From assembly GCA_015063385.1 (NCBI GenBank), contig SVUG01000008.1, positions 1,655 through 65,654 on the forward strand: 64,000 nucleotides of DNA, in the 5' to 3' direction. The notes beneath the pieces are model-generated. The model did no database searches and was not told the DNA's origin. It worked only from the letters and a program-made list of their open reading frames with translations. The stretch is from Oscillospiraceae bacterium. GTDB taxonomy: Bacteria > Bacillota > Clostridia > Oscillospirales > CAG-272. Each line of letters opens with the position of its first letter. Position 1 is the stretch's first letter. The translations under genes were made by a program, and so were the position numbers. Positions 29,870 through 38,478 of the stretch are shown here, one piece after another.

Positions 29870-31279
29870 TTATTTGGAAAGATACTCGTCGATTGCCTTG
29901 GCTGCGATTTTGCCCGCACCCATCGCGGAGATTACGGTTGCCGCGCCGGTCACGGCATCACCGCCTGCGTATACGCCCTCCTTGGTGGTAGCACCGTTTT
30001 CGGTGACGATTATTCCGCCCCAGCGGTTAACGTCAAGGCCCTTGGTGGTGGACTTGATAAGCGGGTTTGGCGACGTGCCTATAGACATAATCACGGTATC
30101 GACGTCGAGGATAAACTCGCTGCCCGGAATCTCTACGGGACGGCGTCTGCCACGCTCGTCAGGCTCGCCAAGCTCCATTCTGATGCATTTCATAGCAGTG
30201 ACGAAGCCGTTGCGCGCGTCGCGCTTGTCATCGGGGTTATTATAGCCGAGAATCTCTGTGGGATTACAAAGCAGGCGGAACTCGATTCCCTCCTCCTCTG
30301 CGTGTTCAACCTCCTCACGCCTTGCGGGAAGCTCATCCATAGAGCGACGGTATACGATATACACCTTTTCTGCACCAAGGCGAAGCGCGGTTCTCGCCGC
30401 ATCCATAGCAACGTTTCCGCCGCCAACGACAGCAACCTTACCGCCCTTCATAATCGGGGTGTCGGGGCTGTCAAGGTACGCCTTCATAAGATTGCTTCTC
30501 GTGAGGAACTCGTTAGCCGAGTAAACGCCCTTGTAGCTTTCACCCGGAATGCCCATAAAGTTGGGAAGTCCCGCGCCCGAGCCGATAAAGACCGCCTCAT
30601 ATCCCATCTCAAAAAGCTCGTCAACCGTGAGAGTTTTACCTATAATAACGTTGGTCATAATCTCAACGCCCATAGCCTTAAGATTATCTACCTCTTTTTT
30701 AACTATGCTCTTGGGCAGACGGAACTCGGGAATGCCGTAAACAAGCACGCCGCCTGCTGTATGAAGTGCCTCAAAAACGGTGACTACATATCCGAGCTTT
30801 GCAAGGTCGCCGGCACAGGTAAGTCCCGAGGGACCCGAGCCGACTACGGCTACCTTGTGACCGTTTGGTGCGGCACATTCGGGTGCCTTGTCACTGTGTG
30901 CATTGTGCCAATCGGCAACGAATCTCTCAAGTCTGCCTATACCGACAGGCTCGCCCTTGATGCCTCTGACGCACTTCGCCTCGCACTGCGTTTCCTGGGG
31001 ACATACTCTGCCGCAGACCGCAGGAAGACTCGACGTTTTTGAGATAATCTCGTACGCAGCCTCAAAATCGCCCGACTTAACCTTGTCGATAAACTCGGGG
31101 ATATGTATATTTACAGGACAGCCCGAAACGCAGGGCATATTTTTGCAGGAAAGGCAGCGAAGTGCCTCGTCTATCGCCATTTCTTCCGTGTAGCCGATAG
31201 CAACCTCGTGGAAGTTGTGTGCTCTTACCTCGGGCGACTGTGTAGGCATAGGATTTTTCTTTGGGGACATATTTGCCAT
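29870..31279 (-). CDS. nfnB: NADH-dependent reduced ferredoxin:NADP oxidoreductase large subunit (GltD-like)
   Basis: RCLSC...CVSGCP, CGRVCPQE..CE, GSGPSG, GGGNVAMD; paired with nfnA. Confidence 0.85.
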   Translation of the reverse strand: MANMSPKKNPMPTQSPEVRAHNFHEVAIGYTEEMAIDEALRCLSCKNMPCVSGCPVNIHIPEFIDKVKSGDFEAAYEIISKTSSLPAVCGRVCPQETQCEAKCVRGIKGEPVGIGRLERFVADWHNAHSDKAPECAAPNGHKVAVVGSGPSGLTCAGDLAKLGYVVTVFEALHTAGGVLVYGIPEFRLPKSIVKKEVDNLKAMGVEIMTNVIIGKTLTVDELFEMGYEAVFIGSGAGLPNFMGIPGESYKGVYSANEFLTRSNLMKAYLDSPDTPIMKGGKVAVVGGGNVAMDAARTALRLGAEKVYIVYRRSMDELPARREEVEHAEEEGIEFRLLCNPTEILGYNNPDDKRDARNGFVTAMKCIRMELGEPDERGRRRPVEIPGSEFILDVDTVIMSIGTSPNPLIKSTTKGLDVNRWGGIIVTENGATTKEGVYAGGDAVTGAATVISAMGAGKIAAKAIDEYLSK

Positions 31280-31281
31280 TA

Positions 31282-32136
31282 TCACTTCGCCTCCTTCTTA
31301 AAGAGATTGCAGGCAGACTCGTATGCGTGACGCTCGAAATCTCTGTACATATTGCCTCGTGACATAGCCTCGTCAAAATCGACCTCGTAGCCGTTGAAGT
31401 CGGGGCCGTCAACGCAGGCGAACTTGGTCACACGCTTGCCGTCAACGTTCAGGGTAAGTCGGCAGCCGCCGCACATTCCCGTGCCGTCTATCATTATGGG
31501 GTTCATAGACACGTCGCAGGGGATACCGGTAGGACGGGTAGCCTCGACGACGAATTTCATCATAATGAGCGGGCCGATGGTGATAACCTTGTCAAATTTT
31601 CTGCCCGCAGCGAACATCTCGTTAAGGGGTACGCAGACGTTGCCCTCTCTGCCGTAAGAGCCGTCGTCAGTCATAACGAAAAGCTCGTCGGAGCATGCAC
31701 GGAACTCGTCCTCAAGGATAACGAGGTCGCTGTTTCTGAATCCGATTATAGACGTCACGCGAGCACCGCGTGCCTTGAGTGCCTCTGCCACGGGAAGTGC
31801 AATAGCACAGCCGACACCGCCGCCAACTATACATACGTCGGTGAGCCCGTCAAGGTGCGTGGGCAGACCAAGAGGACCTGCGAAATCGGATATGTACTCG
31901 CCCTCGTTCTTATGATTTAATTTTTCGGTTGTAGCACCGACTATCTGGAATATTATTTTTACCGTACCTGCTTCCCTATCGTAGCCTGCAACGGTAAGGG
32001 GTATTCTCTCGCCATCCTCGTCCACACGGAGAATGATAAACTGACCGGGTTCAGCCTTCTTTGCAACGAGCGGAGCTTCAATATCCATCATAGTGACGGT
32101 AGGATTAAGCGACCTTTTGCTAACTATTCTGTACAT
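31282..32136 (-). CDS. nfnA: NADH-dependent reduced ferredoxin:NADP oxidoreductase small subunit
   Basis: PGQFIILR..ERIPLT, DGTGMCGGCR, FACVDGPDF. Confidence 0.85.
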   Translation of the reverse strand: MYRIVSKRSLNPTVTMMDIEAPLVAKKAEPGQFIILRVDEDGERIPLTVAGYDREAGTVKIIFQIVGATTEKLNHKNEGEYISDFAGPLGLPTHLDGLTDVCIVGGGVGCAIALPVAEALKARGARVTSIIGFRNSDLVILEDEFRACSDELFVMTDDGSYGREGNVCVPLNEMFAAGRKFDKVITIGPLIMMKFVVEATRPTGIPCDVSMNPIMIDGTGMCGGCRLTLNVDGKRVTKFACVDGPDFNGYEVDFDEAMSRGNMYRDFERHAYESACNLFKKEAK

Positions 32137-32325
32137 TTTGCCTCGTTTCGTGTCGTTTTGCCATATTTTTTGAGTGCAACGCACCTAAAAAAGCTAACGA
32201 CCTCTTTATTTTACATACGTTAATTATACTACTAAAGCCAAACTTTTGCAATAGCTTTTTGTGTTTTTTTAGATTGCTTTAACACATTTTTCACTTTTAA
32301 CGCTTTTTATTAAAATCAAGCATAA

Positions 32326-32434
32326 GAAAAGAGCGATTTGACTAATCAAACCACCCTGTTTTTATTTAGTTAGAATTTCTTGTTTTTCAAGGTTTCCATA
32401 GATTCGGCAATACAGTCAACATGAAGTATTTATT
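32326..32434 (-). repeat. Array repeat R4: cotJC-tail copy plus hairpin, no promoter
   Basis: Tail 32370-32429 encodes ILHVDCIAESMETLKNKKF*; hairpin cagggtggtttga-ttag-tcaaatcgctctttt. Confidence 0.85.
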
Positions 32435-32440
32435 GGTGAG

Positions 32441-32710
32441 TTATTTGCATATAGCCTCAATCAAAATAATGACCGCAAAAACTGCCAGAGTAAACAATAT
32501 CGTTATCAAAAATGAAAAAAGTATATTCAACTTATAAGAAAATGACGTTTTTCTATCCAGAAAATAAAGCGATGTCAAAAAAGCCACACACAAAATTAGC
32601 ATTGAACCAAGTCCAACCAAAAATTCTTCAGTACCACCAGGGCTTGGATTTCCAACCATTGCATCAAGATTACCTGCCAAACATTCTAATATGTATTTCA
32701 CAGTTTTCAT
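32441..32710 (-). CDS. Cassette 3: small two-TM hypothetical protein (89 aa)
   Basis: AGGAGG RBS before ATG at 32710; two hydrophobic segments. Confidence 0.75.
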   Translation of the reverse strand: MKTVKYILECLAGNLDAMVGNPSPGGTEEFLVGLGSMLILCVAFLTSLYFLDRKTSFSYKLNILFSFLITILFTLAVFAVIILIEAICK

Positions 32711-32735
32711 GTAAGCTAACTCCTCCTTTTTTATT

Positions 32736-32826
32736 ATTATATCACAGCAATACGAAAAAGTAAAGAGGACGATTTGATTTCTCAAACCGCCCTATTTTAT
32801 TAGCTTTACAAATAGAAGTATTATTC
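32736..32826 (-). repeat. Array repeat R3: hairpin plus promoter, tail mostly deleted
   Basis: Hairpin 32765-32798; TTTACT(32759-64)-17-TATAAT(32736-41); residual AATAATACTTC. Confidence 0.8.
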
Positions 32827-32858
32827 TCATATTTTGCGCCTCATAAATAGGCTAAACT

Positions 32859-33368
32859 TTATTTATCGATATTAAAATACTGGGATTCTAACGAATCGAT
32901 ATAATTATTGCCAACACGACCTATGCATTCAATAAACACGCCATTAGCATCGTATATGCAACAGTCACCGTAATATTTCGTATCACCTGTGTCGTCAGTA
33001 TAAACGCAATTACTTAAAACAACCATATTGCCGTTGCTTTGGTACAAAATCAGCGTTTTTCCAATCGGCTCGTTTAAGGCGCTGGCATAATATAGATATC
33101 CTCTATCTGATACATCTTTCACAACATCTTCAATCTTGGAGTCATCAAGAGTTGCTATCAAGCTAACTTTGCTAAAATCAAAGGTTGGCTTTTTATCACC
33201 TTCGATATTTCGAATCATTTTGGGATTTTCATTTTCATAATTAACTAATTCGATTTTTGTCGTATTAGCTAATAAAGCTTCAGCATTCAATAGATGCGTT
33301 GCAGGATCACAGCTTACAAGCGTAAGTATGAACACAAGCACCGATACCAGCAAAATTAACCTTTTCAT
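32859..33368 (-). CDS. Cassette 2: hypothetical lipoprotein
   Basis: Lipobox LVSC; GAGGGG RBS; AT-rich. Confidence 0.8.
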   Translation of the reverse strand: MKRLILLVSVLVFILTLVSCDPATHLLNAEALLANTTKIELVNYENENPKMIRNIEGDKKPTFDFSKVSLIATLDDSKIEDVVKDVSDRGYLYYASALNEPIGKTLILYQSNGNMVVLSNCVYTDDTGDTKYYGDCCIYDANGVFIECIGRVGNNYIDSLESQYFNIDK

Positions 33369-33416
33369 ACAAGCCCCTCAAATGAAAGTTTATTGGTTAG
33401 TTTCCTAACCACCTTT

Positions 33417-33550
33417 AGTATATCACAAAATTCCACAAAAGTAAATAGGGCGATTTGATTTCTCAAACCGCCCTATTTTATTTAGTTAGAATTTCTTGTT
33501 TTTCAAGATCTCCATAGTTTCGCCAAAACAGTCAACATGAAGTATTTATT
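33417..33550 (-). repeat. Array repeat R2: cotJC-tail copy plus hairpin plus promoter
   Basis: Tail 33486-33545 encodes ILHVDCFGETMEILKNKKF*; hairpin about 33443-33479; TTTACT(33440-45)-17-TATACT(33417-22). Confidence 0.85.
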
Positions 33551-34328
33551 CTACATCATTTGCTTTCTTTATCATTTCGTGTGTAATAAAAGCCAAGCGA
33601 CACTCGTGGCACAAATTAAGGTCAGAGTCAAAATGTCCGCCGCATTTCTCGATTTCGCCACTGCACTTCGGGCAGGATGTTAAAACTTTATTGTTCTTCT
33701 CAAATTCATACCAACCACCAATGGGATTGCCGAGAAGGTAGTAAACAGGTTTTCCCACCTTTTTCTCAAGCTCGGTGCATATATCCATACCGGCTTTATT
33801 AAGCTGTGATTTATAGTCAATAATCTGTCGTTTTGTAAATCTGTCAGACAAACCGTCCATCCACAAAGTATCGACAGCCTTATATATAGATTGGAAATCT
33901 AAAATAGACAAATGCTCTTCTTCTTGATACAAATACGGGATTCTAATTAAAGGTATCTCCTTGCCACAATCTCCGCAAATAATTGGACTTGAACTGTCGT
34001 CAGGATTTATCGCCAATATGTAATAGCTATGATCATCACAATGGCAGCAATCGGTGGAGCTTGGTTCATCGCAAATTATTTCGAAGCTTATCTCAAAATC
34101 CGCAATTTCTTTGCGGATGTAGTCGTTATAATATTTACTGTCTAATGAATCGTCATCGGTTGTAATTGTTGTAGCAATAAAATATTCATCGTGAGTTTCA
34201 ATAATCCATTCTTTGATTATCTGACCGTTCAGATATAGCATATGTAAAATGCTTTCAATCTTTTCCGCAATATTCTCTTTTCTTTCTTCTATAAGCGGCT
34301 TAAACGTAATCTTTGCAATTTTGTACAT
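33546..34328 (-). CDS. Cassette 1: DUF2310-like Zn-ribbon protein
   Basis: NGQI, PIICGDCG..IPL, PVYYLL, CPKC, CHECRL. Confidence 0.75.
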   Translation of the reverse strand: MYKIAKITFKPLIEERKENIAEKIESILHMLYLNGQIIKEWIIETHDEYFIATTITTDDDSLDSKYYNDYIRKEIADFEISFEIICDEPSSTDCCHCDDHSYYILAINPDDSSSPIICGDCGKEIPLIRIPYLYQEEEHLSILDFQSIYKAVDTLWMDGLSDRFTKRQIIDYKSQLNKAGMDICTELEKKVGKPVYYLLGNPIGGWYEFEKNNKVLTSCPKCSGEIEKCGGHFDSDLNLCHECRLAFITHEMIKKANDVE

Positions 34329-34362
34329 AAAAAGCTCCTTTCCATATCATTCTTTCATAATC

Positions 34363-34435
34363 ATTATATCACACCCTAACGAAAAAGTAAATAGGACGAT
34401 TTGACTAATCAAACCGCCCTGTTTTTATTTAGTTA
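34363..34435 (-). repeat. Array repeat R1: hairpin plus promoter immediately after the cotJC stop
   Basis: cagggcggtttga-ttag-tcaaatcgtcctat; TTTACT(34386-91)-17-TATAAT(34363-68) with TG extension. Confidence 0.85.
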
Positions 34436-34990
34436 GAATTTCTTATCTCGTAAGATATTCATAGCTTCTCCGAAGCGCTGGAAGTGTACTATTTCGCGCT
34501 GGCGGAGGAATTTGATGGCGTCGTTGACGTCGGGGTCGTCGGAGAGGCGGAGAATGTTGTCGTACATCGCTCTCGCCTTCTGCTCAGCGGCGAGGTCCTC
34601 GTGAATGCTCGCAAGAGCGTCCTCTTTAGATGCTATTGCCATTGCGTTAAAGGGTACGCCTGCTGCCGAGGAGGGATAAATACCCGCTCCGTGATCAACG
34701 TAATACTTATCGAAGCCACCCGCTATAATTTCGTCCGGGGTGAGGTTTCTAGTCAGCTGATAAACAATCGAGCCAACCATTTCCATATGACCAAGCTCCT
34801 CCGAGCCAATGTCAGTCAGAACACCGATAACTTTATCGTCGGGCATCGTGTAGCGCTGGTTAAGATAACGCATTGATGCAGCCAGTTCACCGTCAGGTCC
34901 TCCGAGGGCGCTTATGATAATACCCGCAAGGCGAGGATTGGGCCTTGCTATTTTTACGGGGTGCTGAAGCTTTTTCTCATAAATCCACAT
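34433..34990 (-). CDS. cotJC: Spore coat protein CotJC (Mn-catalase family)
   Basis: MWIYEKKLQHPV, GGPDGELAASMRY, EELGHMEM, REIVHFQRFGE. Confidence 0.95.
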   Translation of the reverse strand: MWIYEKKLQHPVKIARPNPRLAGIIISALGGPDGELAASMRYLNQRYTMPDDKVIGVLTDIGSEELGHMEMVGSIVYQLTRNLTPDEIIAGGFDKYYVDHGAGIYPSSAAGVPFNAMAIASKEDALASIHEDLAAEQKARAMYDNILRLSDDPDVNDAIKFLRQREIVHFQRFGEAMNILRDKKF

Positions 34991-34994
34991 AAAC

Positions 34995-35351
34995 TTACTC
35001 CCTTCCCCACGAGTTGCCGTTCATTTTTTCGTTCTGCCAGGGCCAAGGGCCGTTTATCCAGTTCCAATTCTCCGTCGAGAGATTTCCCGAGGCTACGAGT
35101 GGGCCGTACTGGTTATGGTATTCCTCTGTGAGCCTCTCAAGCTCATCTACGGTCTTGCGGTAATAGTCAAGTGCCGTGCGGCAGTTTGGGTGCGTGTCAA
35201 GATAAAGCTCAAGCTCGACCTTAACGAATCCTAACGCTCTTATCTGCTCAAGAAGCGTACCGGTAAGTCTTGTGCTTCTCGCGCCGTTCATACCCTGTGC
35301 GCCCTGGACGCCGTTATTGTTAGTGTTATTTCTCGCTCTATTCACGGCCAT
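34995..35351 (-). CDS. cotJB: Spore coat protein CotJB
   Basis: ELELYLDTHP, YGPL, WNWINGPWPW. Confidence 0.9.
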   Translation of the reverse strand: MAVNRARNNTNNNGVQGAQGMNGARSTRLTGTLLEQIRALGFVKVELELYLDTHPNCRTALDYYRKTVDELERLTEEYHNQYGPLVASGNLSTENWNWINGPWPWQNEKMNGNSWGRE

Positions 35352-35658
35352 ACACCTCCATAGGCTTATAAAGCTCCTCAAAGAGCGTGCCGTGATGCAG
35401 GGCATCGTTTGCCGAATAAAGCAGACGGAACATCTGATTTGGCGCATACACGTAGGCAAGGGGCTTGGAGTCAAGACAAGTGCCCGTGCCGCCGCAGCTA
35501 TGGTTTGTCACGCCGCCAACGCTTCCATTACCGTTGCCACAGCCGTTGCCGCCATTACAGCCGCCGTTCTGGCATCCGCCACAGCCGTTTCCCATGTTAT
35601 CGGTCACGCCACCGACCATGCCATCGGGCATGGGGAAACCGTTTTCGTTTTTATCCAT
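35338..35658 (-). CDS. cotJA: Spore coat protein CotJA with Gly/Asn/Cys-rich N-terminus
   Basis: LAYVYAPNQ...Y....AL..GTLFEELYKP. Confidence 0.85.
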   Translation of the reverse strand: MDKNENGFPMPDGMVGGVTDNMGNGCGGCQNGGCNGGNGCGNGNGSVGGVTNHSCGGTGTCLDSKPLAYVYAPNQMFRLLYSANDALHHGTLFEELYKPMEVYGRE

Positions 35659-35773
35659 TATTTACTGTCGTCCTTTTTGTTTTTTGCGGCATGAGAGAGG
35701 GATTATCAAAAGAGCCGTTCGCGCATAAGAGCTTCTTTTCCCTTTTCCGCCGCCATATACAGTATACGAATTT

Positions 35774-36463
35774 TCACGAATTTTGTGAGTAAAGGAGGTA
35801 TCCTGATTGGCGTGTACTTTTAACTATCAGGTGCAACGAAAGCATAATTATTATAAAGAAAATGAGAAATCCGCCCGCAGCACCTGCACGGCCGATAAAG
35901 TCTGCTCCTGCTCCGAGCGAGGAAAGAACCGAGTAATGCAAATTGAAAAGCGACATTAAAGCAGCAGCCAAAGTCATGTTTCTTGCGGCAAAATGTAAAG
36001 GCTTATTGTCATTTGACCACTTAAACATGCCATAAATCGACGAACCAAGCGAGTAAACGGTGTAAACGAGAAATCCCAAAAGCACGAGTCCCGAATACTC
36101 CGTATGCCTGCCGAGGCGCATCGTATAGAGCATCAGCGACAGGGCGGAAAAATCGAGCAGCAAAAGTATCAGTCCGACACGCAGACAAATACGGTTTATT
36201 TTTTCGGGGCTTGCCTCGTCCATATCGTAAAGCCTTCTTGAACGCAAAATATAAGCGCGAATGGCAACGAAGATTGAATGGTAGACCGTCACGGTAGCGG
36301 CCCAGACACTGTGCTGTATTATAGCGGCGGCAAGGTTTTCAATTATATATACCAAATTCATAAGGAGTCCAAAAAAGAGTGAAATATCAAGGCGTATTGC
36401 GGGACTTGCTATCAAAATAGCAATCATACTCCTTATTCGACCGAATTTTTTTACTTTTTTCAT
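35774..36463 (-). CDS. Hypothetical polytopic membrane protein
   Basis: About 6 hydrophobic segments. Confidence 0.7.
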   Translation of the reverse strand: MKKVKKFGRIRSMIAILIASPAIRLDISLFFGLLMNLVYIIENLAAAIIQHSVWAATVTVYHSIFVAIRAYILRSRRLYDMDEASPEKINRICLRVGLILLLLDFSALSLMLYTMRLGRHTEYSGLVLLGFLVYTVYSLGSSIYGMFKWSNDNKPLHFAARNMTLAAALMSLFNLHYSVLSSLGAGADFIGRAGAAGGFLIFFIIIMLSLHLIVKSTRQSGYLLYSQNS

Positions 36464-36571
36464 ACTTTTTATTCTTCCCTCGTCAATTTTTTTAATGCAT
36501 ATTAAAAGTTATACTTGACTCGGACGAGTTTATATTATATAATAGAAAAGTAATATTTTTTAGGAGAGATT

Positions 36572-37132
36572 ATGGGCGCTGCACTGGAATTTGAAAAAGA
36601 AAAGCTTATAATCGGCGTGATATACCACGATAAAGAGGTGCTCGACGAGGCTCTGCGGATACTTATTGACGAATTTGGCGAGGTAGACCTTGTTAGTGAG
36701 GAGTTTTCGTTTTCGGGCGAATTTTCGACCTATTACGATGACGAGCTCGGTGGTGAGGGATTAAGACGAATATACAGCTTCAAGAATACGGTTGCCCCTG
36801 ACAGACAGGCGGATATAAAAATACGCACGAATGAAATTGAGGCGGCGTTTTCGGTAGATGGTAAGCGCAAAATCAATCTCGACCCAGGATTTATCAATCA
36901 CGGCAGGCTTATGCTGGCGACTACCAAGGAAACCGGCTTCCGCGTTCCATTAAAGGACGGTATTTATACCGAGCTTACCCTGTTTTACGCGCGAGGCGCT
37001 TGGCAGAAGTTCCCATGGACGTATCGCGACTATCAGTCCGAGCGAGTCCAACGATTTATAACCGAGGTGCGAGAGATTTATCTTTCCGAGCGCCGTGAAA
37101 ACCTGTCAAAATCAGGTAAAAAACAAAGATAA
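36572..37132 (+). CDS. DUF4416-family protein
   Basis: YYDDELG, KIRTNEIE, RKINLDPG, FPWTYRDY. Confidence 0.8.
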   Translation: MGAALEFEKEKLIIGVIYHDKEVLDEALRILIDEFGEVDLVSEEFSFSGEFSTYYDDELGGEGLRRIYSFKNTVAPDRQADIKIRTNEIEAAFSVDGKRKINLDPGFINHGRLMLATTKETGFRVPLKDGIYTELTLFYARGAWQKFPWTYRDYQSERVQRFITEVREIYLSERRENLSKSGKKQR

Positions 37133-37185
37133 TTTTCCAAAAAGCGCAAGTTTTTTGGACTTTTAGCAAATAACAAAAAACAAAG

Positions 37186-38439
37186 GTGGACAAAATGAGA
37201 GAGTACGAACTTTTAAAAGCAAACGACCCTGAGCTCTACGCTGCCGTAATGAATGAAGCCGGCAGACAGAGAAACAAAATCGAGCTTATCGCATCCGAGA
37301 ACTTCGTTTCCGAGACGGTTATGGAAGCAAACGGCACCATACTCACCAACAAGTATGCCGAGGGCTATCCCTCCAAGAGATACTACGGTGGCTGCGAGCA
37401 CGTTGACGTGGTGGAGACCATTGCAATCGAGCGTGCAAAGGAGCTTTTCGGTGCGGGATACGCAAACGTGCAGCCCCACTCTGGCGCTCAGGCAAACATG
37501 GCGGTCTTCTTCGCGCTTCTTACCCCCGGTGATACAGTTCTCTCTATGAATCTCGCTCACGGCGGTCACCTCAGCCACGGCTCACCCGTAAATATGTCGG
37601 GTAAGTACTGGAATATAGTTCCCTACGGAGTATCCGAAAACGACGGCAGAATTGACTACGACGAGGTGGAAAGACTCGCGCTCGAGTCGAAGCCAAAGCT
37701 CATTCTTGCAGGCGCATCGGCATATCCCAGAGTTATTGATTTCAAGCGTTTCAGAGAAATTGCCGACAAGGTTGGCGCATACCTTATGGTAGATATGGCA
37801 CACATCGCAGGTCTTGTTGCAGCAGGCGAACACCCCTCGCCCGTTCCCTACGCTCACGTGACCACGACCACTACTCACAAGACTCTTCGCGGTCCTCGTG
37901 GCGGTCTTATTCTCTCAAATGACGAGGAAATTGCAAAGGCTATTAACAAGGCTATCTTCCCCGGCACTCAGGGCGGCCCTCTCATGCACACGATAGCAGC
38001 AAAGGCGGTATGCTTCGGCGAGGCGCTCAAGCCCGAGTTCAAGGAATATGCAAAGCGCATTAAGGAAAACTGCGCAGTATTTGCCGATGCACTTATAAAG
38101 CGCGGCTTCAAGCTCGTTTCGGGCGGTACGGACAACCACCTTATGCTCGTTGACCTCACCGGTATGAAGGTAAATACCGGTAAGGAGGCTGAGCATCTCT
38201 TAGACGAAGTTGGTATCACCTGCAACAAGAACGCTATTCCCTTTGACACCCAGAAGCCCTTCGTCACCAGCGGTCTTCGTCTTGGCACTGCGGCAATTAC
38301 CACGAGAGGCTTCAAGCCCGAGGATATGGTAGAGGTTGCTGACATAATTGCTATCACGCTTGCCGACTTCGAGAAGAATGCAGACGAGGCAAGAGCAAGA
38401 ATTGAGGCACTTTGCACAAAGTATCCTTTATACGAATAA
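37186..38439 (+). CDS. glyA: Serine hydroxymethyltransferase
   Basis: [27 protein letters not shown]. Confidence 0.98.
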   Translation: MDKMREYELLKANDPELYAAVMNEAGRQRNKIELIASENFVSETVMEANGTILTNKYAEGYPSKRYYGGCEHVDVVETIAIERAKELFGAGYANVQPHSGAQANMAVFFALLTPGDTVLSMNLAHGGHLSHGSPVNMSGKYWNIVPYGVSENDGRIDYDEVERLALESKPKLILAGASAYPRVIDFKRFREIADKVGAYLMVDMAHIAGLVAAGEHPSPVPYAHVTTTTTHKTLRGPRGGLILSNDEEIAKAINKAIFPGTQGGPLMHTIAAKAVCFGEALKPEFKEYAKRIKENCAVFADALIKRGFKLVSGGTDNHLMLVDLTGMKVNTGKEAEHLLDEVGITCNKNAIPFDTQKPFVTSGLRLGTAAITTRGFKPEDMVEVADIIAITLADFEKNADEARARIEALCTKYPLYE

Positions 38440-38447
38440 TATAAGCG

Positions 38448-38478
38448 AAAAGGCATCTCTCAAGTGGAGATGCCTTTT
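38448..38478. terminator. Bidirectional terminator
   Basis: aaaaggcatctc-tcaagtg-gagatgcctttt. Confidence 0.85.

Noticed and set aside
32326-34435. Classical integron with attC sites
   Set aside because: There is no intI gene, and I could not see the RYYYAAC/GTTRRRY attC boxes. The repeats are terminator-promoter units with cotJC tails, so the resemblance is architectural only.
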